Positions 38,971 through 52,421 of a DNA stretch of 64,000 nt are shown in pieces. Under the pieces are notes generated by a model. That model was not told the origin of the DNA, searched no databases, and saw nothing but the letters and a program-made list of their open reading frames with translations. Location: NCBI GenBank assembly GCA_951406725.2, contig OX597825.1, forward strand, positions 70,432,001-70,496,000, in the 5' to 3' direction. The stretch is from Octopus vulgaris (taxonomy: Eukaryota). The translations under genes and the position numbers were made by a program. Each line of letters opens with the position of its first letter. Position 1 is the first letter of the stretch.

Positions 38971-39261
38971 ATGACATAGTTTGTATATATGATACAGTTA
39001 AGTTGAAACGTAACACAGGAAGGTGCAGCCTTGACCACAAAACATTTGTGGAGTAAATGAAGGGCTAATTCGACTAAGTGACATGTCATGCGTCTGTTTG
39101 GAAGTTTCCAGGCCCCAACCTTGTCATGGAAAATTGGGTGGGGGTATGTGATTTTTGAACGCACCAAAAACCTCTCAGTGGATATACTCTCCATTGCGGC
39201 TGTCGGCGCTGCCGCTACCACGCTGAACAATCAACTGACATAGGAACAGCATCTACGTGAT

Positions 39262-39968
39262 GACAGAATCGTTAGCACGCCGGTCGGAATGCGTAGCCGT
39301 ATTTCGTTTGCCGCTACGCTCTGAGTTCAAATCCCGCCGAGGTCCACTTTGCCTTTCATCCCTTCGGGATCGATTAAATAAGTACCAGTTAGGGACTGGG
39401 GTCGATATAATCAACTTAATACCTATGTCTGTCCTTGTTTGTCCCCTCTATGTTTAGCCTCCTGTGGGCAATAAAGAAATAGATTAAACCTATGGGTGCG
39501 CCCACGGGCACCACATGACAGAAAGCTACACGAAAGAAATGGCGTAGAAATGGGTGGGGATTGGCAAGGGAGCGTTGGAAAACAACGTTGTCATGCGATG
39601 TTTCTGTTTGGAATCAACAGTCGTGGCTCAGCCCTGCAGTCTTTCGAGCAAATTGCGTGCAATCACTGTGAGGACAAATCAGCACCCAAACGAAACCTCA
39701 CCTCCCAAACGAAAACAGTTCTGTCACCTTAAGGACACGGTCGAGCTGGCAGAAACGTTAGCATGCCGGGCGAAATGCGTTGCCGTATTTCGTCTGCCGT
39801 TACGATCTGAGTTCAAATTCCGCCGAGGTTGACTCTGCCTTTCATCCTTTCGGGATCGATAAATTAAGTACCAGTTACGCACTGGGGTCGATATAATCGA
39901 CTTAATCCGTCTGTCTGTTCTTGTTTGTCCTCTCTGTGTTTAGCCCCTTGTGGGCAGTAAAGAAATAG
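39262..39968 (+). mobile_element. Two SINE family B copies (39262-39482 and 39742-39968)
   Basis: Consensus matches; the second copy has the TSD ttaaggacacggtc (39730 and 39971). Confidence 0.85.
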
Positions 39969-40314
39969 AATTAAGGACACGGTCTCAAACTAACGTAGTT
40001 GGGTCTCAGACACCATACATTAGTAGGTTAACGCACATGCGATTTTGGGGTTTCTAATCAATAGCTGAGAATATTTGTATGGGCTTCGTCTATGCTTAGA
40101 AGGAAGATTTTGATACTAAAGCTAAAAGAAAATAGCTGAATAGTTGCTCAGGATTTATGCGATCGCTTGTATTGTTTACCTAGGAAAGGGGGTTTTCGGC
40201 TCCCAGAGGCCCCATTACTCATCTCTGGAACATAGGTAATGTATGTTCTCCAGTTTGGAGAAAATCAGCTGCGAACTCAAGAAATTCTTCGGGTTTACAC
40301 ACACACACACACAT

Positions 40315-40558
40315 TATTTTACTTGTTTCGGTCAGTTGACTACTGCCATGGTGGAGCACCGCCTTGAAGGTCTTAGTCGAACAAATCGACCCCAGGACAA
40401 AATTTTTAAACCTAGTACTGACTCTATCGGTCTCTTGTGCCGAACCGCTATGTTACGGGGACGTAAACACACCAACACCGGTTGTCAAGTGGGGATGGTG
40501 GGACAAGCACAGGCATAAAAATACACATGCACAGATATATATATATATGTATGTATAT

Positions 40559-40596
<38 letters not shown>

Positions 40597-40656
40597 TTTT
40601 ATGTATTGATTAAGTCTTTCCTTGTTTGTTTTGCAAAATAGTGGTTTTGTCTCTAA

Positions 40657-40709
<53 letters not shown>

Positions 40710-40771
40710 ATGGTATGTATAATATATATGTATATATATAATATAATGTATATATATATATATATACACAC

Positions 40772-40815
<44 letters not shown>

Positions 40816-42065
40816 CGCAGGAGTGGCTGTGTGGTAAGTAGCTTGCTTCTTAACCAAATGGTTCTGGGTTCAGTCCCATTACGTGGCACCTTATCATAGC
40901 CTCGGAACAACCAAAGTCTTGTGAGGGGATCTGGTAGACGGAAACTGAAAGAAAACCGTCCCCCACCAACATCGTTTGACAACCGATGCCGGTGTGTTTA
41001 CGTTCCCGTAACTTAGCGGTTCGGCAAAAAGTGACCAACAGAATAAGTACTAGGCTTACATAGAGGGTCCATTTGCTCGACAAAAGGTGGTACCCGAGCA
41101 TGGCAACAGTCAAATAACTGAAACAAGTAAAAGACTAAAAATATATATAGGCGCAGGAGTGGCTGTGTGGTAAATAGCTTGCCAACCAACCACATGATTC
41201 CGGGTTCAGTCCCACTGCGTGGCATCTTGGGCAAGTGTTTTCTGCTATAGCCCCGAGCCGACCAATACCTTGTGAGTGGATTTGGTAAGCGGAAACTGAA
41301 ATAAGCCTGTCGTATATATGTAAATATATATATGTTTGTGTGTCTGTGTTTGTCCCCCTAGCATTGCTTGACAACCGATGCTGGTGTGTTTACGTCCCCG
41401 TCACTTAGCGGCTCGGCAAAAGAGACCGATAGAAGAAGTACTGGGCTTACAAAAGAATAAGTCCCGGGGTCGATTTGTTCGACTAAAGGTGGTGCTCCAG
41501 CATGACCGCAGTCAAATGACTGAAACAAGTAAAAGAGTATATACATACGACGAGCTTCTTTCAGTTTCCGTCTACCAAATCTAGTGACAAGGCTTTGGTC
41601 GTCCCGAGGTTATAGTAAAAGGTGCCACGCAGTGGAACTGTATCCAGAAAGTAAGCTTCTTACCACACAGCCATGTGTGTGCGTATGTGTGTGTGTGTGC
41701 GCGTGCGCATGTGTGTCGCCCACGACTGCTTGGCAACCGGTGCTGGTTCTTTTTACGTCCCCGTTCATTAAGTGGCTTGTCATAAGAAACCGATAGAAGT
41801 AACAGGTTCAAATATCCTTCCTACTATAGGCACAAAGCCGGGAATTTTGTGGGAGAGAGGCTAGACGATAAAAATTGACCCCAGTACTCAACTAGTCCTC
41901 ATTTTATTGACCCCCGAAAGGTTGAAAGGCAAAGTCGATCTTGGCGGAATTTTAACATAAAACGTAAAAGACAGACAAAACGCCGCTAAGCATTTTTTCC
42001 GGCGTCAGATTTAGAAATAAAATAAAAACCATTGAAGGCGGTGCCCCAGCATGGCCGCATCTGAA
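40315..42065. mobile_element. Cluster of SINE family A copies in both orientations plus a family B copy
   Basis: Family A at about 40315-40520(-), 40814-41135(+), 41150-41537(+) and 41545-41810 (rearranged); family B at about 41815-42005(-). Confidence 0.8.
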
Positions 42066-42337
42066 TTATTAAAACAGAAAGTTTTATCCCTCCACTAGCA
42101 TATGTGTGTGTGTTTTTATCATTGAGGAAAGGAAATATTTTGTCGCTATTGCAGTCTGTTTAACTATGTAAAAATGTTCAGTGTGGATAGGGAGATAACT
42201 CCTCCACTACTATTTCAATGAGCAAGATATAGGACATTTCTTTAATTACATTACATTAACTAGAACAGCGTATTCTAACGAGAGAGAGAGAGACAGACAG
42301 AGAGCGAGAGAGAGAGGGAAGAGACAGACAGAGATAT

Positions 42338-42556
42338 GTATTTCTTTACTACCCACAAGGGCCTAAACATAGAAAGGACAAACAAGGACAGACAAACGGA
42401 TTAAGTCGATTATATCGACCCCAGTGCGTAACTGACCCCGAAAGGATGAAAGGCAAAGTCGACCTCGGCGGAATTTGAACTCAGAACGTAACGGCAGACG
42501 AAATATGGCTACGCATTTCGCCCGGCGTGCTTAACGTTTCTGCCAGCTCGCCGCCT
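42338..42556 (-). mobile_element. SINE family B copy with 12-bp TSD
   Basis: gacagagatatg on both flanks. Confidence 0.85.
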
Positions 42557-43002
42557 GACAGAGATATGGTAAGGAGAATAAGTCAACAAGGGATCGTCAT
42601 CTCGGTCACACGGTGTGCTAGAAATAACAAGTTAGTGCTACAGTATAAAAAGAAAAGAAGGACAGAACCTGAATCCTGTAATGCTAAATAAATTATGCCG
42701 TTCTTTTATCTTTCTTTTCCTTTACTTTTTTCAGTCATTGAACGGCGTTCCAAAATCTACCACAGAAATAGTTAAAATCTAAAGCAAAAAATAATAATAA
42801 ATACCTATTGGCCAGAGAAACCCCGCAATATAAATTTACATATATTAGCCAGAAAAATCCGTAATGTACTGCGTGCGTGATGGTGAACCGATATAGCGAG
42901 GGATTTATTATATATATTTTTATCCTTTCCTGAGCGTCTAATAACACTATACTTGTTCCACGTCCTCGCGTTGTTGTGTTTTCTTTTTGCTCATGTTAGG
43001 AG

Positions 43003-43043
<41 letters not shown>

Positions 43044-43683
43044 ACAGACCAGAACATCAGCTGTTGCTACACATCGCTGGTCACAATGCGCTTCGCATTG
43101 TTTTAGCCTTCGAACGACGCTAAGTGAGCAGGCATATATATATATACATATATATATATATAGACAGACAGAGAGCGAGAGAGGGAGATAGAGAGAAAGA
43201 GGGGAGAGACAGACAGAGATACGGTAAGGAGAATAAGTCCACGTGACCGACCAGGCTATCAGATGTTGCTACACATCGCTGGTCACAATGTGCTTCACAT
43301 TGTTTTTTTATATATATATATATTATGTATATATATTGACAATGGTTTCAGTTTTTGTCTACCAAAACCACTCATGAGTCTTTGGTCGGCCCTGGGCTAT
43401 AGTAGGAGACATTTGTCCAAGGTGCTACACAGTAAGGCTGAACCCTGGGTCATGTGTTTGAGAAATAGGCTTTTTACCTGTATCATGCCTGTGCATATTT
43501 TTATTTTATAAAAAAAAATTGTTTAACCCTAGGTGAGGTCTGATTAAGCACATGATCAGATACGTTCCATCATTCAACTTGTCATTTTCCTTTATCTAGA
43601 ACTTCACTACCTGATGTAGAGTACATTTAAAATTATTTGGCTGCTATTTCTAGCAGGTCGAACGACCAGGTAGATCAAGGGTT

Positions 43684-44064
43684 ACTCTTACTCTTTTACT
43701 TGTTTCAGTCATTTGACTGCGGCCATGCTGGAGCACCGCCTTTAATCGAGCAACTCGACCCCGGGACTTATTCTTTTGTAAGCCCAGTACTTATTCTATC
43801 GGTCTCTTTTGCCGAACCGCTAAGTTACGGGGACATAAACACACCAGCATCGGTTGTCAAGCAGTGCTAGGGGGACAAACACAGACACACATGCATATAT
43901 ACGACAGGCTTCTTTCAGTTTCCGTCTACCAAATTCACTCACAAGGTATTGGTCGGCCCGGGGCTATAGCAGAAGACACTTACCCAAGATGCCACGCAGT
44001 GGGACTGAACCCGGAACCATGTGGTTGGTTAGCAAGCTACTTACCACACAGCCACACCTGCGCC
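43684..44064 (-). mobile_element. SINE family A copy flanked by a ~183-bp direct duplication
   Basis: Full consensus match; flanks 43502-43683 and 44065-44248 are near-identical. Confidence 0.9.
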
Positions 44065-45255
44065 TATTTTATAAAAAAAAATATTGTTTAACCCTAGGTG
44101 AGGTCTGATTAAGCACATGATCAGATACGTTCCATCATTCAACTTGTCATTTTCCTTTATCTAGAACTTCACTACCTGATGTAGAGTACATTTAAAATTA
44201 TTTGGCTGCTATTTCTAGCAGGTCGAACGACCATGTAGATCAAGGGTTCTCAACAGTTTTTTTTTTTTTTTTTTTTTTTTTATCGATGCCCCCCACCCTT
44301 TAATCATTATTTTATTCTGGTGGACCAGCACAGCCATTCGATGTTTACAAACTAGGTTTATAGAAAAAGCTTTCAAAATCCGTTTTACTTTCCGCACATT
44401 AAACTTGTGTAGAATGAACTGAGTAAAACGTTAAAGCAAGAAAGGTAACTCTTCCTTGCAATACAAACAACAAAGGCAAAAGTTTTTCAATGGCTCTTAC
44501 AATACCATTGTGGATCCGCATTTTACTATTTTATTACATGGAGTCCCCCAAAATATCTTATATGGACCCTCAGGGGCCATGTGGACTCCCTTGTTCGGTC
44601 GTTCCAAATATGTTTCTCTTTTGATGACTAAACTTTTTTCAACAAAACACCTATTTTGAAAATGTGTTCTTATACACTTAGCTGGTCCCCCTTCCGTCCT
44701 ATCTCTCTTCCTTTAGCGAACAATACGTGGATCATACTAAGCTGTCATGTGACTACATTACGATGCTTTCTATGAATTATTCTTCAAGGTGTTCTCTTTA
44801 AGTTTCCATGGACCCATTAACCACCGATTAGAGAATTCTTCAAATACGTTGCAATCTCACAAAGGTTAGCTAGAGTGATCTCCCTTGACACCAAACCGGA
44901 CTTCAACTTGATAGTTTAACTTGCTAGAAATAGCAGTAAAACGTACCTCAAATCACAACTTTATGTCTTAAAATAAGAACGTCGCATTGAATAATGCAGT
45001 CCTCTCCATGTACGAATATTAGACGGGATGGTCATAACTGGAACACTTCTGATCATGAGCGAGATAGATCAAGACTGACTGGATATTATTAATTGCAACA
45101 AGTACAGACACTTCGGATAACGTAATCATAACTGCATTATGTCCCAATCAAAGATGGGATGGCCAGGGTTAAAAAGTCCGCTTTGTAACACGTGGTTTCA
45201 GGTTCAATCCCACAGCGCGGCAGCATATCGGGCAAGTGTCTTCTACTATAATTGA

Positions 45256-46560
45256 TTGTTATATTATTGTTATTTCCGTTCAGAAAAGGTTTGAACATTT
45301 TGGTAAGACATTTCTTTTATCTTTCTTCTAATCTCACTTGTTTCATGGACGAGGGGTGTACGAAAAGTCTTGAGCCTCAAAGAGACAAAACATGGTACAA
45401 GACTTCTGATGAAGGTACAAGACTTCAAGGCTCAAAACCTTTTCATACACCCCTCGTAGTTTGTAGAAAGGGAAAATTGGAAACCTTTTCTGATATGTTT
45501 CTATATGTCCGCTCAATGGAATTTGATGAACATTGGTGTTCCGGATATGCTGTGTGGGGACTCATGAACGTTCCGATAATGCATTCCCCGTCTCGCCTAT
45601 ATATAGTTCCTCACAATTCGGGCATTTAATGCAGATCGAATTTCTGCTTTTGCAGTTCCTATCTGCATTCGTGAAAATCTGCCCATTTTTTGTTCTAATG
45701 GATCTACCCGTATACATGCATTGACACATTCCACATCTGTTATCTTTACACTTGGATACTGTTAATGCTTTATCCTGTTTTTGCCTTTGCTAATTGTTTC
45801 TTTAGGTTATTTGGTTGCCTTTTGCTTAAGATAAGAGTTTGATTAGTTATGCTTTGTTAATTTTTCACTTCGTTCTATGATTGGCAAATTTGTTTTGATG
45901 ATGTTAAAAATGTTTTGGTGATGCCAATTGTGTGTTACTAGAAATGGCATTGTGTTCTTTTGATGGGTTCGTCTTTTTCGTGTTGCTCTAAGTTGTTCTA
46001 TAGGTATCCCTTTGGCTCATAGTATGCTATTTTCTATAAGTAGGAGAGGGTAATTTTGCTTGAGCAGAGACCCTTTGAGTTCTATAAGTCGTGTGTTTCT
46101 GATATTTGGATCATCTACTATAGTACAAATTTTCCTGTCTAGACAGTACAGGATATTGCATTTTATATGTGTTGAGTGGCATGATTTGAAATTTAGGTAT
46201 TGGTATGTATCTATGCTTTGAATGTGGGGCTGTTTTTTTTTTCATTACCATTATGTCAAGAAATGGTAATTATGTGTTGCTCAATTCTCTTGTAAATTTG
46301 AGACTAGGGTGTTGATTGTTGGGGAGGGTGCTGAATGCTTCCAGATTTTCTAGGGATTTGGTCTAAATTAGGAAACAGTAATCGAAGTATCTGTTCCATA
46401 GAGTGAACATATAGAAACATGTGGTCAGAAAAGGTTTCTAATTTTACCCTTCCACAAACTACATGATACAAGTGAGATTGGAAGAAGAAAGATAAAAGAA
46501 AAACGGTTAATTAAAACGTTCAAACCTGTTCTGAACGGAAATAAGAATAATATAACAACC
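45256..46560 (-). mobile_element. Penelope-like element remnant (RT C-terminus + GIY-YIG endonuclease) with inverted terminal repeat
   Basis: Minus-strand translation: WNRYFDYCFL (RYxDD), HPSLKFTRE...LPFLDIM, DTYQYLNFKSCHSTHIKCNILYCLDRKICTIV...LLKQNYP and KCPNCEELYIGETGNALSER (YIG motif). About 45256-45520 is the reverse complement of about 46393-46560. Confidence 0.88.
45349..45457. mobile_element. ~110-bp Tc1/mariner-type MITE nested in the left arm of the Penelope-like element
   Basis: TIRs acgaggggtgtacgaaaagtcttgagcct / aggctcaaaaccttttcatacacccctcgt. It is absent from the corresponding point of the other arm (catg/tagtttg junction near 46460). Confidence 0.75.
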
Positions 46561-46889
46561 AGTTAATGATGTGGATTAAAAAACATCGTTAACAAATGAA
46601 TATAAACAAACTACAGAATACCAGTAAGCTCGGCAAACCATGTTTAAGCTGCATGTGGTTTAGTCAAAACCATATTTCATAAGTTCAGTTTGTTGGAGCA
46701 CTCCAAGATGTACTACAGTTGTCAAGAACTCAACTGTCAGTTAAATACATTTTGAAATCTGATGATTACTATGAACGTATGAAAACGCTAATTGAACTTT
46801 ATGAACATTACTAAATATTTTTTAATATTAAAATACCACAATAAAACACGTGAAAGCCAGGCCATGTTTTAACCTTATTCAACATATAT

Positions 46890-46920
<31 letters not shown>

Positions 46921-49082
46921 TATATACTAGACTAGACTACCCGCGATCCATTGGGTCACCTGGAATGAGTTTCCTAGCAACAAAGTTTTGTTTCCTGGGT
47001 TTTTTTTGCCTTTTGCAGGTTATTTCACATGCTTACAATGTGATATCATAATCTCTCGTAAACAGCTCCTTTCCCCAGAAAAGGAAAGATAAGGTTGCTA
47101 TTTCTTGCACGCCCTGCTACCACATAACAGGTATTTTGGGTCCTTTATCACAAATAGCTGTTACATGGTAGCAGGGTGTGCTAGAAATAGTAGCCAAATC
47201 TTTGGAGGTGAGATACAATGATTGCACTCGAAAGAAACCTATGGAAAAAAACTATTTCACACCAAGGTTACGAACAGGTCCTTTACGAAATATTTCCCAT
47301 ATTTTTAAAGTCATTTTCACTTGAGAATATTTTGCCCATCAAAATGTGTCTAATGGAAAAGTTAGAATTTCTTCCCTTTCAGGGTTAAGTTATTTTCAGA
47401 GTATTTTCCCATAATGCACCGTTTGGGGTATTCAGACCCTAAAACCCTGAATATCTCAATAACCACTGGTCCGATTTACGCGAAACTTGCTTTACTCTGT
47501 TTGTATTCACATTTCAGGGACACTCTGAAAGTAAAGTATTTTCCCATTATGCGACAGTTTGGCTGTGTAACATTGCAAGCAAAGCTGAACTTCATTTTTA
47601 ATGCATTATCAATAAATATACACACATACATACATACGCATCAATTCATTATCAATAAATATACACACATACATACATACATACGCATCACTTATTAACA
47701 TTTTTTCGTTAATTCCTGTGAAATAAAAAACAAAGAAGAAAAGAAAACAAAAAGAGAAAAAACATGAAAGAGTACAATAATTCATATCAATCTTTTTGAA
47801 ATAAGACGTTTTGCAAGAATCCCCAAAATGTTAAATGAAACTTTATTCAACATTGCAATGAGTAAAATGGCTTGAGTTTCTGAGGCATTAAAATATGAAA
47901 GGAGAGAGAGAAGGGGGGAGAGAGAGAAAGACAGAGAGAGAGAGAGAATAATAAATTGATAAAATAATTTAAAAATTTGATTGAAATGATTACAAAAAAA
48001 AAACCAAAAGAAAAAGAAACCAGATGGAGCATTTCTTTACATTTCAGTGAAATCCCATGAGGCCATATATATACACATATACATATATATCTGCAGTTAG
48101 ATGAAATTTATCAATGACTAGTTGGAAAAATCAGCCAACGTCCTCATCGTCCAAGGTTAGAACTTTCTGGAAAAGAAATGTTTTTTTTTTCGATGGATAA
48201 TTTTTTTTTTTCTTGAGCTTATAAAAACAGTTTTATTTTCATCCTTAAATATCTCTAAGGATCTGCCATAAAAAAAAAGTTATGTTGGAGAGGAAGCATG
48301 AACAATTATTATTATTATTATTATTATCATTATTATTATTATTATAATTATTATTATTATTATTATCGTTTAATAAAGAAGAGCGTCCATAGAATATATT
48401 GCAATAAGAAAATGTCCAATGTCATCTTGAAAGAAATGATATGAAGATATGGAAAGTGTAATTTCAAACAGATGGATTATAAAAAGATTCCATGATGACA
48501 TAATAGCCAGGTAAAAGGACGAAAAAAAAAAACTGGATACTTTCAATGAATGAATGTGATATAGTCATCTTGTCACCTTACAATGTATGTGTGTATGCAT
48601 GTGAATGTTACCTTACAATATGTATGCATGCGTGTGAATGTACTGTAATCACTTGACAATGTAGGATGAGTAACTCGCTAATTGGCCAAAGGTGGCAGAG
48701 TTCCACCACAAGCTATTCACATTTGTTAGCCCCTGTCTAACAGTTTTTAAAAATTTGTTCTTGGTGGTGAGATTAATCGCAAAGTAATGCTTGTCTAGAC
48801 GTAAAGGGAACATCACAGAGTATATACTGTACATCACACACCTATGTTAGAAGTAGCCTAGTCTAGAGAAGAATTAAGAAGTGGAAAGGTCGGTCTGTGT
48901 GTTACTGTGAGGTTCAGGATGGAAAGGTCATTCTATGTCTTAGTACAGAAGTCAGAGGAAGGGAAAGTCGTGTGAGATGGAGGGCTATAATCTATTAATG
49001 AATGCAAATAGTTTCAACAGAGGACATTATATACATATATACACACACACATATCTATACACATATATACATATACAAACAT

Positions 49083-49153
<71 letters not shown>

Positions 49154-49217
49154 CACACACATATATATATATATATATAGACAAATACATACACACAAAC
49201 AGACATATATGTACATA

Positions 49218-49259
<42 letters not shown>

Positions 49260-49785
49260 TGTGTGTGTGTGTGTATGTGTGTGTGTGTAGACACACATTT
49301 CCCTTGTATATCTAGCACTAAACTAATACACCCAACCTTAAGTCAGGAAGTTGGTTGGAATTTTGAAAGAAGTTTGGCTGCTATGTCTGGCAGGTCCTCA
49401 TAAGGGTGCCCTCGTAAATAAGGTTTGTTGTTGCTCAGATCTAAAGGCAAACCCAAAACAAAAAAATCAAAATAAAACAAAAAAACATGTATTTTGATTT
49501 CTAATACAAACCTGGCCAAAACTTCAAAGTCACTGTCGACAACATTCTTGTTTAAGAATTATAGATTTAAACTCTACAGAAATATTGAGTAACCACTCAT
49601 ATTAATGTAAAATGAGTTTACTTACAACTAAACATAAGCACACACACACACCATGTATGCAAGTGTGTGTGTGTATATATATTTATATATATATTACTAT
49701 ATATCATATATACTGTATGCATGTTCATGTATATATATATATGTGCGTGTGTGTGTGTGTGTATGTATGTATGTATATATATATT

Positions 49786-50192
49786 ACTCTTTACTCTTTT
49801 ACTTGTTTCAGTCATTTGACTGCGGCCATGCTGGAGCACCGCCTTTAGTCGAGCAAATCGACCCCGGGACTTATTCTTTTGTAAGCCCAGTACTTATTCT
49901 ATCGGTCTCTGTTGCCAAACCGCTAAGTGACGGGGACGTAAACACACCAGCATCGGTTGTCAAGCAATGCTAGAGGGACAAATACAGACACACAAACACA
50001 CACACACACACAAACATATATATGTATACACATATATACGACAGGCTTCTTTCAGTTTCCGTCTACCAAATCCACTCACAAGGCTTTGGTTGGCCCGAGG
50101 CTATAGTAGAAGACACTTGCCCAAGGTGCCACGCAGTGGGGCTGAACCTGGAACCATATGATTGGTTAGCAAGCTACTTACCACACAGCCAC
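49786..50192 (-). mobile_element. SINE family A copy
   Basis: Reverse complement of the consensus. Confidence 0.88.
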
Positions 50193-50969
50193 TTCTATAT
50201 ATAATATATAGTGTGTATGAATGTATGTATGATAAATTGACATATATTCACATAAACGCACACGTACACGTATGACTAGACACTTATTAATCATCATCAT
50301 CATCATCATCGTTTTGTTTATTTGTTTATATCTTCTATCCATTACCATATCATTTCGTATTTCTTCCCAACGACACACTAGGAGGAAGCTGCCAAAGTCT
50401 CGACGCTGACCAGGATTCCCAGCAACATTCTCCAACACGGCAAAAGAAAAATGGAAATCCAACATTAAACTTTCATTCCCAGTTCCAACGGTTTTTGGTT
50501 TTTTCCATAAAATACCCAGAAATAAGCAAACCAATCTTTCTTCCTTGTTCAGTCTTTCTTTGACCACCACAAAAAAAAAAAAAAATACAGGAATATTTCT
50601 GCAATGGAATCTGAGTTGAGTTGAGTGTAGCTTGATAGAGTTGAGTGTAGCTTGGTGGAGTGGAGTGTAGTCTGGTGGAGTAGAGTGAGGTGGGCTGATT
50701 TGTTGAAAAAATAATCTCAAGTTGTATGTTTTTGTTACGTTATATTTTTTTTTTGTTCTGTTTTGGGTAGTTTTTGTTTTTTTTAATTAATTAATTAATT
50801 AATTGATTGATTGATCACACAGGATTTCACTGAAGTCAGAACTGATCCTCAATACAATTACTGGATTCGTCATGCTGCTTTTGTTGTTGTTGTTGTTGTT
50901 GTTGATATTGTTGTAGTTAAACAATATTGAAGATGAATTAGATAGGCAGACAGACAGACAGATGGATGA

Positions 50970-51014
<45 letters not shown>

Positions 51015-51643
51015 ATATGATAGAGAGCCTCGTGAAATCCACCCCTGTTTCAAATAGATTACTTGTTTAACCAAGTCCCATGGTTTAGAATAGCAAAAGG
51101 AAGAATTGGTGGAGGTGGAGGAGGAAGGGGAGGTGGTATATTATTATTATTATTATCATTACTACCATCATCATCATTATTATGAAAGGGGAGGGGGAAT
51201 CAGAGGAGAGGGGAGAGGTGCAGACAGTCGCAGACGTTTAACCCCCATTCTGCGCTGCCTAAAAAAGGGGGTCCACCAATCATCTGTTGTAGCTTCAGTC
51301 AGGGGAGAGTTTCACCAATTGTAATGTCTATTTACAAAAAAACTGTTTTCTTTCTTTCTTTCTTGCTTGCTTGCTTTCTTCCTTTCTTTCATTCTTTTTT
51401 TCTTTTTTTTTTTTTTTTGCATTGGTTCCTCTACCCAGACGTTTTTTTTTTTTTGTTGTAGGGGTTTTGATGGAAGGTTGCTTATCTTTCTTTGATATTT
51501 TCAATATCATGATTCTTAAAAAAAAAAAACAATTTCAAAAGTGGGTGATATATGATATCTTAAATGCTTTTTGCTCATTTGTAAGATTGCATGTATATAT
51601 ACATACAAACATACATATATATATATATACATACATACATATA

Positions 51644-51676
<33 letters not shown>

Positions 51677-51723
51677 TTATATACATACATATATATACAT
51701 ACATATTTATATACATACATATT

Positions 51724-51781
<58 letters not shown>

Positions 51782-52374
51782 TATACATATATACATATAT
51801 ACATATACACACACACGCACACATATATATATATATATACACACACACACATATATATATAGATACATACATACATACACACACACACACATATTTATGT
51901 ATCTGTCTGTGTCTGTGTGCTTGTTTCTACAAGTGTGTATGTATACATCTATATATAATGCATGTATGTGTGTGTGTGTGTGTATGCACATAGATATTTG
52001 TGCTTGCACTTGCATGTATGTACCTAAGCACAAATACGCCTGTACAAATGCATGTAAATGCATCAAGAGATGCAGCTGTGCACGCTTGCATGTCTGCACA
52101 TGAGCACAAAATGCACATGTCTACTTATGCCTGCGTGCAGAGCGCAAATATGCATGCACGTGCACATTCTTGCATTATCACACAGACATGCACAGACACA
52201 CACACACACACATGCTACACTAGTGTGTGTATGTGTGCACACATGAAATCGTGTATGTGTATACATGTTGGGAGAAAGTCTCTATCTGTCTATTTGTGTA
52301 TGTGAAAGAGAGAGAGAAGAAGGAGAGACCTTATATGCCAGTTCTATAGGATTAAATGAGAGTGACAGATAGAC

Positions 52375-52421
<47 letters not shown>

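Noticed and set aside
45404-45440. CTGATGA hammerhead core
   Set aside because: No convincing stem II, GAAA or stem I; it lies within a MITE.
47097-47190. ~34-bp inverted repeat as a miRNA hairpin
   Set aside because: The arms belong to a dispersed gctatttctagca repeat seen many times in the window, and there is no independent support.
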